A stretch of 53,551 nt of DNA from an uncultured Caldilineaceae bacterium (lineage in GTDB: Bacteria; Chloroflexota; Anaerolineae; 4572-78; J111), in NCBI GenBank assembly GCA_964407935.1, contig CAYOXS010000001.1, positions 15,324-68,874 of the forward strand, in the 5' to 3' direction. Made by a program: the position numbers and the translations under genes. The notes under the pieces were generated by a model. It was given only the letters and a program-made list of their open reading frames with translations, was not told where the DNA came from and did not search any database. Shown here in pieces: positions 1-9,848 of the stretch (positions are counted from its first letter, which is position 1; each line of letters starts with the position of its first letter).

Positions 1-629
1 ACCGGCTTGCCGGCCTCGCTGCCGCGCTGGCGTTCGGCCAGCTTTTCGTGGTGCTGGAGCTTGTACAGGGTTTTGATTTCCTCGATGCTGTCTTCGAGCT
101 GGTCAATTTTGCGGGTGTGGCGCATTGTTGAGGCCAGCAGATTGGCCAAACTGGTGAGGCAGGCAATATCTTCGGGCGGAAAGGCATCGAGCTTGCCGCA
201 TTCCAGCCGCAGCACACCCAGTTTTTCGCGGCCAAATTTCAGCGGGATAGCCAGTTCTGAGTTGTGGGGCGGCTGGTCGCCGGCCGGTTCAAGATAAGCG
301 TAGGGGCTGGCGCTGATGTTGGGCACGTAGATAGTTTCGTCACGCCGGAGCGCATCACTGACAATATTAACCTCGTCCACCGAAAATAAATCCGGAATTT
401 GGGTGACGGGTTTGCTGCTGCTGCCTTTTTCAAGGTAGAGCCACACATCGTTGCCAGAGGCGGAGAGCTGGTAAATTTGGGCGGCCAGGTAGCCCAAACT
501 GGCCAGCAGCCGGTCGATGGCGGCCGACAGAATAGCTTCGGTGGCCTCATCGGCGGTGATGAGTTGGGTGATTTCCTGCAGCAGGCTGAGCTGGCGCGCG
601 CGTTTTGCGGCGGTGGTTGTTTTACTCAT
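1..629 (-). CDS. GAF-domain protein, 5' part only (the gene runs off the left edge of the window)
   Basis: This ORF is absent from the ORF track because it has no stop inside the window. The reverse complement of 627-629 is ATG. It reads MSKTTTAAKRARQLSLLQEITQLITADEATEAILSAAIDRLLASLGYLAAQIYQL...SELAIPLKFGREKLGVLRLE, a GAF-like pattern followed by a coiled-coil-like stretch. The start overlaps the upstream stop (ATGAGTAA, 629 down to 622). Confidence 0.7.
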   Translation of the reverse strand, partial: MSKTTTAAKRARQLSLLQEITQLITADEATEAILSAAIDRLLASLGYLAAQIYQLSASGNDVWLYLEKGSSSKPVTQIPDLFSVDEVNIVSDALRRDETIYVPNISASPYAYLEPAGDQPPHNSELAIPLKFGREKLGVLRLECGKLDAFPPEDIACLTSLANLLASTMRHTRKIDQLEDSIEEIKTLYKLQHHEKLAERQRGSEAGKP

Positions 630-3600
630 TGGCCGGTCCTCCCGTGCGTGAGTCCCCGTTGGATTTTGGCGGGGCAGCCAGGTGAATGTAGGCGCGCTTG
701 TTGGCAATGGCGTTGCCTACTTCTTTGACGGTGGTCTGCAAAATGGTGTCGAGGTTAGTTGACGCCCGCACGCGGGTGGTAATTTCTTTGATGAGCGCCT
801 CGCGGCGAGCGGCCTGCTGGCTGGCCCGGTAACGTTTGGCGTTGTCCAGCGCCAGCACGGTTTGGCTGATGAGCGCCTTCAAAAAACGAACGTGCGTGTC
901 GGTGACGGTGGCGGTGAGCGAGCGGTTAAAGCCGGCTTCTACCAGCCCCACGTTTTCGTGGCGCAGCACTACCGGCGTAAACAGGCGCACCCAGTTGGCG
1001 TGCCCTTCAACATCGTACAATTCCTGGTTAAAACGAGGGTCCCAGCCGGAAATAATTTCGGTTTTGCCGCTGCGGACAATATCGGCCATGATGTCGCCGC
1101 CGTCCAGCGGCTGCACGGCGCGGGCCAACTGGTTTTCCGACAATCCCACCCCGCCCCAGGCTTTAATCTGCTGGCTGGCCGGCTCTACCATCGACAGCAT
1201 TACGTACTCAAAGCCAATTTCAGAAATACAGGCTTTAAAGAAGATGTCCAGAATATCGTCAATATCCAGCGTGCCGGCCAGTTGCTGGCTTACCTGCTGC
1301 AGGGCGGCGGTTTCGTGCAGCCGTTCTTCGGCCTCTTTTTGAGCGCGGGCCACGTGTTCAAACAGGCGGGCGTTGGTCAGCGCGTTGGCCAACTGGTCGG
1401 CCATTGTTTGGAGCATGGTGATGTCCTCGTTGGAAAAGGCGTTGCGCTCGGTGCTTTGCACAGTGATCGCGCCCAGCACTTCGTCGCGGCTGATCAGCGG
1501 CAGGGCCATTTCCGAGTGGGTATCGGGCAGAACGGGGTTGACAAAACGCACCGCTTCCTCGCCCACATCAAGAGCGATCCGCGCTTTGCGGTTGGCCACG
1601 CTCCAGCCAATCATCGACTCGCCGCCAATTTTCAGCCGGTGCTTCCGGGCAATCTGGATTCGGCCGGCTTTGCCGGTGCCGGCGCGCAACACGGCCCATT
1701 CTCTGGCTTCGTCAACCAAAAACAGCCCCACGTAGTAAAAGCCAAAACTGTTGCGGATGAGGTTGACCGAGGTATTGATCAATTCGTCAACATCCAAAAT
1801 GGAGCTGGCCGCCTGGCTCACTTCGGCGGCGGTTTGCAGCCGCTGGGTACGGTAGTTGATGGCTCGCAGCAGTTCCCGGTTTTCCAGCCAGATGGTGAGC
1901 TGATCGGCCACCACCTGCCCAATTTCAACGTCATTTTGCGAAAAGGCGTAGCCGCTGCCTTCTGCACCCACCGCCAGCGCGCCGATCACCGTATTTTGCA
2001 TAATCATTGGGATGAACACCAGCGACTGCACCGCTTCGTCCTGCTGCCAGAAGCGGGGGCTGGTTTTGGTGAGCGGATGCCGGCGCACGTCGTCGATGAC
2101 CAGCGGCGTTTTGTGCTCAATCAAATGGCGGCCCACCGTGTCCTGCTGCGCCGAAAATGACAGGTTGCTGGGCACGGGCCGGCCTTTTACCACCAGCGCC
2201 CGCACCTTGCTGAAATCTTTGGCGTGCTCAAAGCGCAGCACGCTGCCGTAGGCCGGCTGAATGTTGAGCAGGCGTAAATATTCTACCAGCACGGTTTCGT
2301 ACAGTACCTGTTCTCTGGCGGCGCTGGCAATAGCGTTGCCAATCCGGTACAACGACTCGGTCCGTTCCAACGCCATCAGCAGCCCCTCTTCGGCGCGCTG
2401 CCGGTCGGCGATTTCCTGCTGGGCCCGCTGGAACAGCATGGCGTTTTCAATGGCGTTGGCCAACTGGTCGGCCATGGTCTGCAAAAAGATGATGTCTTCG
2501 CGGCTGAAGGCGGCCTGGTCGCGGCTTTGCAGGGTGATCGCGCCGATGGCTTTGGTGTGGTACAGTAGCGGCAGGGCCATCTCCGAGCGGGTTTCGGGCA
2601 GGTACGGCTGGTTGAAAACCACGGCTTCCTGGCCCACATCGAGGGCCAGATTGGGCTGGCGGTGCAAAATGCAGCGGCCAATGGGCGATTCGTCATCGAG
2701 TTTGAGGCGGTATTCGGCGGCCAGCAGTTCCGGCCCGGCCGGGGGGGTGCCGGCCATCAGGTTGGCCCACTCGCCGCTGCCGTCTACCAGAAATATGCCG
2801 GCAAAGTACAGGTCAAAGCGGTCCAGCATCAGCGCCGCCGCCGATTTGAGCAGGCTGGGCAAATCCACCAGCGAGCTGGCCGCCCGCACAACTTCGGCGG
2901 CGGTTTCCATCTGGATGGCCCGGTAGGCCGCTTCCTGTATAAGCTGGCGGTTGCTCAGGGCCATGCCGGCCTGATCGATCATGGCCAGCCAGAAGCGGCG
3001 GGTTACCTCCGGGAAACTGGCGGGTGTGGTAAAGTGAACCAGCACCACCCCGATTTTTTGGCCGATGAAGCTGAGCGGCAAAATGGCGCTCGAATGCGCG
3101 CCGGCGGGCGCAAAACAGCCTCGCTGTTCGGCGGACAGGCGTGGGTCGGCGGCGATGTCTTCTACAAACACGGCGTCGGCAGCACTGAGAATATCGCGCA
3201 GCGGCGACTCGGGCAGGTAAATTTGGGCGGGGGCGGGGCCAGCGGCGCTGCCTGGTTTGGTCCAGCTATCGCGCAGTTCCAGCCAGATGGGTTCGTCGTG
3301 CACGCTGCGAATACGGTAGGCGGCAATCTGGCAGGGGTCGTACCGCCGAATCTGGTTGAGCAGCGCGGTAAAGATTTGCCGCTCGCTGAGCGAGGTGGCA
3401 ATTTGCTGGGTGCCGGTGTACAGCGCCGACATTTCGGCCACAAACTGCTCCCGCTCGGCTTCGTGAGCGCGGCGTTCGGTGACATCGTGGCTCAGGCCCA
3501 ACAGGTACTCTGTTTCGCCGCCTTCGCCGGGAATGGGGATGAGCCGGGTGTAGGCGACGTGCTCGGCGTTGTCGGCCCACAGCGTTTTGTCTTCGTGCTC

Positions 3601-4920
3601 AAAAATTTTGTTGGACTCAAACACCACATCGTCGCGGCGATAAAATTCGGCGGCCAGTTCCGGGGCAAAAAAATCGCTGTCGGTTTTGCCCAGCAGCTTG
3701 TTTTTGGCATAGCCCAGCACCCTGGCGTTGGCCTGATTCATGGCAATCCAGGTGTGGTGGCGGTCTTTAATAAAAATGGGGTCGGGGATGTGATCAATCA
3801 CGGTTTGCAGAAAACGGCGGCTGTGTTCGGCTTCGGTGTACAACCGCGCTTTTTCAATGGCCGCGCCGGTTTGCGAGGCCAGCAGCGACAGGGTGTACAA
3901 ATCGTTTTCGTTGAAGGCTTGCGGGTTAGAAAAGTGCAGCACCTCGATAGCGCCCACAATTTTGTCCTGGCTGTGAATGGGCACATTGAGCACCGAGCGC
4001 ACGGTTTGGCCAAAATTAAACTTTTTGGCCAGCGGATGCTCCGGCCAGTTGGCGGCCAGCACCGCCTCGTGGGTTAGCACCACGTGGCCGCTCAGGCTGG
4101 CGGTGGCTGGTTCGATGGTGTTAACGTGCAGCCCGGCGGGCGGGCGATAGGCCGCTTTAATTTGCAGCGTCTGGCTTGAAGCATCAAAAAAGCGCAGCAG
4201 GCACGCATCGGCGACCACCAGTTTGGCGCTGAGGTCAACAATATCGGCCAGCAATTTATCAAGGTGATGGGCGTTGCTGATTTGCAGGTTGATGCTGTGC
4301 AGCGTGATCAACTGTTCAAGCTGCTGGTCGGCGCTGGCGTAGAGGATGGCGTTTTGCAGGGTGTTGGCCAGTTGGACGGCCACGCTGTTTTGAAAAAGCC
4401 GCACAAACTGCGGGGTGAGCTGCGGGGCCGATGGCTTTACCAAAATAGCGCCCACAATTCGGCCCCGGTTGAGCAGCGGAAAGGCGGCTTCGGTGATGTC
4501 TGCGTCTGCGCCGGCCGGCTGCGGCTCCTGCTGGAGAATGGCCCGGCCAACCAGCGACTCGCCATCGATTTTGATTTTTTGGCCGGCCGGGGAGTCGTCG
4601 CCGGCGGCGGCGCGACATTCGGCCCACTTTTCGGTGCGGGTGGTTAAAAAAATGAGCACCTGCGCAAAGCCAAAGTGGTTTTGGATAATATTGGCCGAAA
4701 TATCCAGCAGTTCATCCACGTTGGCTATTGAACCGGCGGCGTCTGAAATAGCCGCGGCTGTTTCCAGCAGCAGTTCCTGCTGGCCGGCCAGCTCGGATAG
4801 CTGGCCCAGCCCGGCCAGCACCGGCCCCAGCGATTGCTGGCTGTCTGCCGGCAGGCCGGCGATGGCTTGGGCCAATTGGTCAACCCGGGTTTGAAGTAGT
4901 TCTGAGACTTTGCTGCTCAT
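622..4920 (-). CDS. Giant multi-GAF protein (about 7 GAF domains plus one PAS) with no recognisable output domain
   Basis: 1432-aa ORF preceded by GAGGGA before the ATG. GAF-type modules recur, each ending in motifs such as PDTHSEMALPLISRDEVLGAITVQS...EDITMLQTMADQLANAL. One PAS module is present (IPDPIFIKDRHHTWIAMNQANARVLGY). I could find no H-box, HATPase, GGDEF, EAL or HTH segment by eye. Confidence 0.9.
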   Translation of the reverse strand: MSSKVSELLQTRVDQLAQAIAGLPADSQQSLGPVLAGLGQLSELAGQQELLLETAAAISDAAGSIANVDELLDISANIIQNHFGFAQVLIFLTTRTEKWAECRAAAGDDSPAGQKIKIDGESLVGRAILQQEPQPAGADADITEAAFPLLNRGRIVGAILVKPSAPQLTPQFVRLFQNSVAVQLANTLQNAILYASADQQLEQLITLHSINLQISNAHHLDKLLADIVDLSAKLVVADACLLRFFDASSQTLQIKAAYRPPAGLHVNTIEPATASLSGHVVLTHEAVLAANWPEHPLAKKFNFGQTVRSVLNVPIHSQDKIVGAIEVLHFSNPQAFNENDLYTLSLLASQTGAAIEKARLYTEAEHSRRFLQTVIDHIPDPIFIKDRHHTWIAMNQANARVLGYAKNKLLGKTDSDFFAPELAAEFYRRDDVVFESNKIFEHEDKTLWADNAEHVAYTRLIPIPGEGGETEYLLGLSHDVTERRAHEAEREQFVAEMSALYTGTQQIATSLSERQIFTALLNQIRRYDPCQIAAYRIRSVHDEPIWLELRDSWTKPGSAAGPAPAQIYLPESPLRDILSAADAVFVEDIAADPRLSAEQRGCFAPAGAHSSAILPLSFIGQKIGVVLVHFTTPASFPEVTRRFWLAMIDQAGMALSNRQLIQEAAYRAIQMETAAEVVRAASSLVDLPSLLKSAAALMLDRFDLYFAGIFLVDGSGEWANLMAGTPPAGPELLAAEYRLKLDDESPIGRCILHRQPNLALDVGQEAVVFNQPYLPETRSEMALPLLYHTKAIGAITLQSRDQAAFSREDIIFLQTMADQLANAIENAMLFQRAQQEIADRQRAEEGLLMALERTESLYRIGNAIASAAREQVLYETVLVEYLRLLNIQPAYGSVLRFEHAKDFSKVRALVVKGRPVPSNLSFSAQQDTVGRHLIEHKTPLVIDDVRRHPLTKTSPRFWQQDEAVQSLVFIPMIMQNTVIGALAVGAEGSGYAFSQNDVEIGQVVADQLTIWLENRELLRAINYRTQRLQTAAEVSQAASSILDVDELINTSVNLIRNSFGFYYVGLFLVDEAREWAVLRAGTGKAGRIQIARKHRLKIGGESMIGWSVANRKARIALDVGEEAVRFVNPVLPDTHSEMALPLISRDEVLGAITVQSTERNAFSNEDITMLQTMADQLANALTNARLFEHVARAQKEAEERLHETAALQQVSQQLAGTLDIDDILDIFFKACISEIGFEYVMLSMVEPASQQIKAWGGVGLSENQLARAVQPLDGGDIMADIVRSGKTEIISGWDPRFNQELYDVEGHANWVRLFTPVVLRHENVGLVEAGFNRSLTATVTDTHVRFLKALISQTVLALDNAKRYRASQQAARREALIKEITTRVRASTNLDTILQTTVKEVGNAIANKRAYIHLAAPPKSNGDSRTGGPANE

Positions 4921-4932
4921 AAGCTGTTCCCT

Positions 4933-7900
4933 CTACGACGACGCATCGCCGTTGCGTTTGGCGGTTTGTGGCGGCAGTTGCAGGGCAATGCGCCCCTGCG
5001 ATGTGCCAATCACTTTGCCCAACTCGGTGATGGTGGTTTTCATAATGTCGTTAACGTCGGTGGCGTTGCGGATTTTGCCGGTAATTTCACGGATAATCTC
5101 TTCGCGGCGAGCCCGTTTCTGCGAGTCATCCAGCAGGCGGATGTTTTCCAGCGTGACAATCATCTGCCGGCCAACCGTGGTAAAGAAGCGAATCTGGTTG
5201 GCGCTCATCTTTTGCAGCGGGCTTTTGTAGCTGGCCATAAAATAGCCCAGCCGCTCGTGGTAGGCCGTTAGCGGCACAACCAACTGCGATGAAATTTGCA
5301 GTGCGGCCAGAGCTTCGCGCATTTGGGCCGAAAGGCGCGGGTCGGTTGCTACGTCTTCAACTAAAAACGCTTCGTCGGATGAAATTTCATGTTCCAAAAT
5401 AAAGTCCGTCACTTTGAAGCGGCTGCCGGGAGCCAGAGCCGGCTGGCCGTCGCTGCTCCAGACGGCTTTCACTTCAACAAAGGGATCGGCCGCGCCGGGC
5501 TGCGTTTGGTTATAAATAAAGATGGTGGCCGCATCGACGCCGGTGGTGGCCATTGAATTGATGGCCAGCCGGTAAACCGTATCTTCATCGCGGGCCGAAG
5601 AAATGGCCTGGGTGAGCAGGTACAGGGTTTCCGCTTCTGACAGGGCAATTTGCGATTGGGTGAACAGTTCGGCGTTTTTGATGGCGTTGGCCAACTGGTC
5701 GGCCATCGTTTGGAGCATGGTGATGTCTTCGTTAGAAAAGGCCAGCCGTTTGGTGCTTTGCACGGTCACCGCGCCCAGCACCTCGTCGCGGCTGATCAGC
5801 GGCAGGGCCATTTCCGAGCGGGTATCGGGCAGCACCGGGTTGACAAAGCGTACCGCCTCTTCGCCCACGTCAAGGGCAATCCGGGCCTTGCGCTGGGCCA
5901 CGCACCAGCCAATCATCGACTCACCACCGATTTTGAGTTTGTGGTTTTTGGCCAGTTGAATGTTGCCCGCTTCACCGGTGCCGGCTTTGAGCACAGCCCA
6001 TTCGCCGGCCTCATCGAGCAGGAAAATCCCAACGTAGTAAAAGTCAAAATGGTCGCGGATGAGGTTGACCGAGGTTTCGATCAGGGCGTCGATGTTGAGG
6101 ATGGAGCTGGCCGCGCGCGAGACCTCGGCCGCGGTTTGCAGGCTGATGGAACGGTACTGGGCTTCTTCCAACAGTTGCCGGTTTTCCAGCCAGATGGTGA
6201 GCTGATCGGCAATGGCCTGACCAATTTCAACATCTTCGTCAATAAACATGTGGTCGGGGTTGGTCGCGTCGATGATGATGTCGCCCACCAAAGTGCCGCG
6301 AATGAGCAGCGGCAGCACCAGCATGTGCGTTACCTGCTGCTGGCTGCGGGTGTCTCGGGCCGATTTGACCAGCGGGCTTTCGGCCGGGTTGTTGATGAGC
6401 AGCGGCCGGGGGTCCTGCCGGAGTCGGTTGAAAATCCGGTCTTCGGAAACGGGTAAAATGAGTTGGGGCGGCGCCGGGCTGCCCTCAATAAAACGCGCTT
6501 CGGCCACGTTACTGTTGGCCGCCCGGTTAAAGAGCATAATTGCGCCCTGCTGCAAGCCCAACAGATTCAGGTATTCGCCCAAAACGGTTTCAAAGGTGCT
6601 GCGGCGTTCGGTGGCGGTAGACAGGGCGGCGCTAATGCGGAACAGCGTTTGGGTGCGTTCCAGCGTGCGCCGGGTTTCGCTGATCAGGCGTTCGCGTTCA
6701 AGTTCGCGCTGTTTGATGTGGGTAATATCCTGGATGATGCCAATGAGATAGTCCGGCCGGGTTTGGTTGGCGGTGAGCGCCAGCGGCACTTTGCGGGTAT
6801 ACAGGGTGCGGGTGCTGCCCGAAGCGTCGGTGATGGTTTCTTCGGTTTCGTGCGGCTCACCGGTGGTGAAAACCTGGTTGTCCTGCTCCCAAAAGAAATC
6901 GGCTTCGGCGGTGTTGGTCAGAAAATCGTAGTCGCTTTTGCCCAGAATTTCTTCTTCCGGCAGGCCAAAAATACCCTGGGCAAAGCTGGTGTTCACCACC
7001 ACCCAGCGATGCTCCCGGTCTTTGATAAAAATGGGGTCGGGGAGCTGGTCGATGATGGTTTTCATAAACGTCTGGCTTTCGCGGACGGCCTCAAACAGCC
7101 GGCTGTTTTCGATGGCGTTGGCCGCCAGCAGCGCCACCGAGTCGAGCAGCGAAATGTCGTCGTTGCCAATACGGTGGCCGGGCCGGTCATCGTATATTTC
7201 AAGCAGGCCGATGACTTCATCGCGCAGCAAAATGGGCACAAAGGCCATCACTGTACCGTGATGCCGGGTGAGATAATCAAACTCGCGGCCGGCGGCTTCC
7301 GGGTCGTCGGCGTAGATGATGAGTTCCTGTTTGGTGGCAATTACTTTGGTCAGGTTGACAAAATCGGCGGCGGGCGCGCGCTGGCCGGCATCGACTTTAA
7401 AAATTGAGCCTTTGCGAGCGTAATCGCTGATGGTGTACAGGGTGTCGCCGGCTTCCAGCAGGGTCAGCGCGCAGCGGCCGATGTGGAGCATTTCGGCGGT
7501 TTCCGAGACAAGAATGTGGGTGGTCTGTTCCAGGCTGAGGGTGCTGCTGATGCGCGTGCCAATGCGATAGAGCATGGCCTGTTCGTGCAGGCGGCGCTGG
7601 GTTTCTTCAAACAAGCGGGCGGTTTCGAGGGCGGTGGTAATCTGATCGGCCATAATTTGCAGCGCTTCGATGTCTTCGGCGGCAAAGGCGTTGGGCTCAA
7701 CGCTCTGCACATCGAGCGCGCCAATGGTGACGCCGCGGGAAATCAGCGGCAGGGCCATTTCTGAGCGGGTATCGGGCAGGAGCGGGTTGTTAAAATGGAC
7801 GGCGTCTTTACCCACGTCGAGGGCAATGCGCGGCTTGGCGTGGAAGGTAACAAAGCCCACAATTGAGTTGCTGCCCACGGCCAGCCGGTGCGGCCGTTCA

Positions 7901-9756
7901 ACCATAATTTTGCCCACATCGCCGGTAGAGGCTTTAACCACGGCCCATTCGCGGCGGTCGTCAACCAGAAAGATGGAAACGTGATAAAAGCCGAAGCGGT
8001 CGCGGATCAGGTTAACCGTCAGCCGGAGCACTTCGCTCAGATCGGTCAGGCCGGTTACGGCCTCGCCCACGGTGGCCACGGCGCGGAGCTGTTCGGCCCG
8101 GCGCTCGGTTTGTTCCAGCAGCAGCCGGTTTTGAATGGCAATGGTCACTTGATCGGCCATGGCCCGGGCCAGGTCCGTTTCCCGCTGAGAAAAGCGGCGC
8201 TGCTCGTCGGCAGAGACAACGGTGAGCCAGCCGATGGTTTCGCCGCGCATAATCATGGGCGCTTGCAGCACCGCGCGGATGGGTTTGGCCAGAGCCGCGT
8301 GGCTAAATTCGGCCAGGGGGATGTCATCCGGCAGCCGGTTGGTGACAAAAGGCTGGCCCGATAGCATAAGCTGCTGGCTGGGGTTGCTCCGGTTAAGCGG
8401 GAATGAGAATCGCTCAACCGGTTGAACATCGCCCTGATTCATGTAAACGGCCAGCTCGCCAAACTGCCGGTCATCAGAAATTCGGACGACCGCGCCCTGC
8501 TGCAAGCCCAGGCTGTAAACAAATTCAACCAGCGCTTCCTGTAGCACGGCCTGAACGCCGCCGGCGGCGGCCAGCACCCGGCCGGCCCGGTAGAGGGTTT
8601 GGGTTTCGGCCAGGGCGTCTTCGGTGCGCTGAATCTGGTTAACGTGTTCCAGGGCGATGGTGGTTTGGTTGGAGAGAGTCTGGTAAAGGGCCAGTTCGCG
8701 TTCGTTGAAAATATGGTGGGCGGCGTGGCCAATCAGCAAAATGCCAACCACGTGAATCCGCTGAATGAGCGGGTAAATGGCAATGCTGCTCAGGCCAAGC
8801 TGGTGCAGCAAGTCGCGGTCGGTGGCCGAGAGGCGCTCGTCTTTGGCCAGATTTTCAATAACCAGAATATCCTGGCTGGCCGCCAGATCGGCCAGGGCCG
8901 GATAGTTTTGCAGATCAAGATGTTGTTTGGTGAGTTTGTGGACCGATTTTGGCGATTTAACATTGCCCACAAACGAGACTTCGGCGTGGGTGGGCAGGTT
9001 TTTGCCGCTGAGGCCGTAGCATACCAGCATGGCGCACATATCTGCGCCAATGGCCGCCACACTGTGCTGGATGGCGCTATGCACGCTGCGCAGGTTTGAT
9101 GTGCCGGAAAGGTGGCGGCTGATGTCGATCATCAGGTGCGCTTCGGTCAGGCTGTCTTTAATATCGGTCACCTGATAGGCGTTTTCCAGCGCGATGACAA
9201 TGTGGTCGGTGAGGTTGCCCAGCAGGTTGAGGTCCTGTTCGTCAAAATGGTTGGGCTGCGGATGCACAAAGGAGAGCGCGCCCCGCAGCCGGCCGCGGCT
9301 GATTTTGATGGGGGCGCAAATAGCCGAACGCACTTCGATGGTTTGGTCCGGGTGTTTCACGTCGAGCCAGCGGTCATCGGTTTGGGTGTCCAGCACCAGG
9401 GCCATCTGGTCGGTTTGCTGCACCCAGGCATCCAGCCCCTCGTCCAGCACCCGGCGCACCAGTTCGCGCCGGGCCAGGTCGTCCAGATTGTTGCGCTCGG
9501 GGTAGGTGCTTTTAAAATAAACATCGCCGGTGTCAGACAGGAGATGGATTTCGCCAGAGGTGGCCCCCAGATGTTGGGCAAAATTTACAGCTCTGGCCAC
9601 AATGGTTTCAAAATCAAGGGCGGTGCTCAAAGAAACGCTCACATCATGCAGCAGGTTGGCCCGCTCTACCTGATGTTGCAGTTTGGTGTTTTTCTGGGTT
9701 AGCTGCTCAAGTTTGGCTTCAAGCTGGCTGACCAGTTCCTGAGTCGGTTCATTCAT
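4933..9756 (-). CDS. Giant multi-GAF protein (about 8 GAF domains plus one PAS) with no recognisable output domain; paralogue of 622-4920
   Basis: 1607-aa ORF. It carries repeated GAF modules (PDTRSEMALPLISRGVTIGALDVQS...; PDTRSEMALPLISRDEVLGAVTVQS...) and one PAS (LPDPIFIKDREHRWVVVNTSFAQGIFGL). It is colinear with the C-terminal ~900 aa of the downstream gene. Only 12 nt separate it from that gene. Confidence 0.9.
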   Translation of the reverse strand: MNEPTQELVSQLEAKLEQLTQKNTKLQHQVERANLLHDVSVSLSTALDFETIVARAVNFAQHLGATSGEIHLLSDTGDVYFKSTYPERNNLDDLARRELVRRVLDEGLDAWVQQTDQMALVLDTQTDDRWLDVKHPDQTIEVRSAICAPIKISRGRLRGALSFVHPQPNHFDEQDLNLLGNLTDHIVIALENAYQVTDIKDSLTEAHLMIDISRHLSGTSNLRSVHSAIQHSVAAIGADMCAMLVCYGLSGKNLPTHAEVSFVGNVKSPKSVHKLTKQHLDLQNYPALADLAASQDILVIENLAKDERLSATDRDLLHQLGLSSIAIYPLIQRIHVVGILLIGHAAHHIFNERELALYQTLSNQTTIALEHVNQIQRTEDALAETQTLYRAGRVLAAAGGVQAVLQEALVEFVYSLGLQQGAVVRISDDRQFGELAVYMNQGDVQPVERFSFPLNRSNPSQQLMLSGQPFVTNRLPDDIPLAEFSHAALAKPIRAVLQAPMIMRGETIGWLTVVSADEQRRFSQRETDLARAMADQVTIAIQNRLLLEQTERRAEQLRAVATVGEAVTGLTDLSEVLRLTVNLIRDRFGFYHVSIFLVDDRREWAVVKASTGDVGKIMVERPHRLAVGSNSIVGFVTFHAKPRIALDVGKDAVHFNNPLLPDTRSEMALPLISRGVTIGALDVQSVEPNAFAAEDIEALQIMADQITTALETARLFEETQRRLHEQAMLYRIGTRISSTLSLEQTTHILVSETAEMLHIGRCALTLLEAGDTLYTISDYARKGSIFKVDAGQRAPAADFVNLTKVIATKQELIIYADDPEAAGREFDYLTRHHGTVMAFVPILLRDEVIGLLEIYDDRPGHRIGNDDISLLDSVALLAANAIENSRLFEAVRESQTFMKTIIDQLPDPIFIKDREHRWVVVNTSFAQGIFGLPEEEILGKSDYDFLTNTAEADFFWEQDNQVFTTGEPHETEETITDASGSTRTLYTRKVPLALTANQTRPDYLIGIIQDITHIKQRELERERLISETRRTLERTQTLFRISAALSTATERRSTFETVLGEYLNLLGLQQGAIMLFNRAANSNVAEARFIEGSPAPPQLILPVSEDRIFNRLRQDPRPLLINNPAESPLVKSARDTRSQQQVTHMLVLPLLIRGTLVGDIIIDATNPDHMFIDEDVEIGQAIADQLTIWLENRQLLEEAQYRSISLQTAAEVSRAASSILNIDALIETSVNLIRDHFDFYYVGIFLLDEAGEWAVLKAGTGEAGNIQLAKNHKLKIGGESMIGWCVAQRKARIALDVGEEAVRFVNPVLPDTRSEMALPLISRDEVLGAVTVQSTKRLAFSNEDITMLQTMADQLANAIKNAELFTQSQIALSEAETLYLLTQAISSARDEDTVYRLAINSMATTGVDAATIFIYNQTQPGAADPFVEVKAVWSSDGQPALAPGSRFKVTDFILEHEISSDEAFLVEDVATDPRLSAQMREALAALQISSQLVVPLTAYHERLGYFMASYKSPLQKMSANQIRFFTTVGRQMIVTLENIRLLDDSQKRARREEIIREITGKIRNATDVNDIMKTTITELGKVIGTSQGRIALQLPPQTAKRNGDASS

Positions 9757-9848
9757 AACTGTATCTCCGACAGTGACATACCGGCGTGATTACGCTGGCT
9801 GTTGAGTTTTTAATGAACAAAGGCTCCGCCCAAATAGTGCGAAACCGG

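Noticed and set aside
862-4077. Long plus-strand ORFs (432 aa, 471 aa and several 100-220-aa ORFs) opposite the 1432-aa GAF gene
   Set aside because: They are fully nested antisense to a gene with clear modular domain structure. Their translations are Gly/Arg/Ala/Val/His-rich low-complexity strings with no motifs. This is the expected open antisense frame of a high-GC gene.
4966-9702. Plus-strand ORFs (268, 314, 196, 166 and 158 aa and others) opposite the 1607-aa GAF gene
   Set aside because: Same reasoning: they are antisense shadows with low-complexity translations and no ribosome-binding context.
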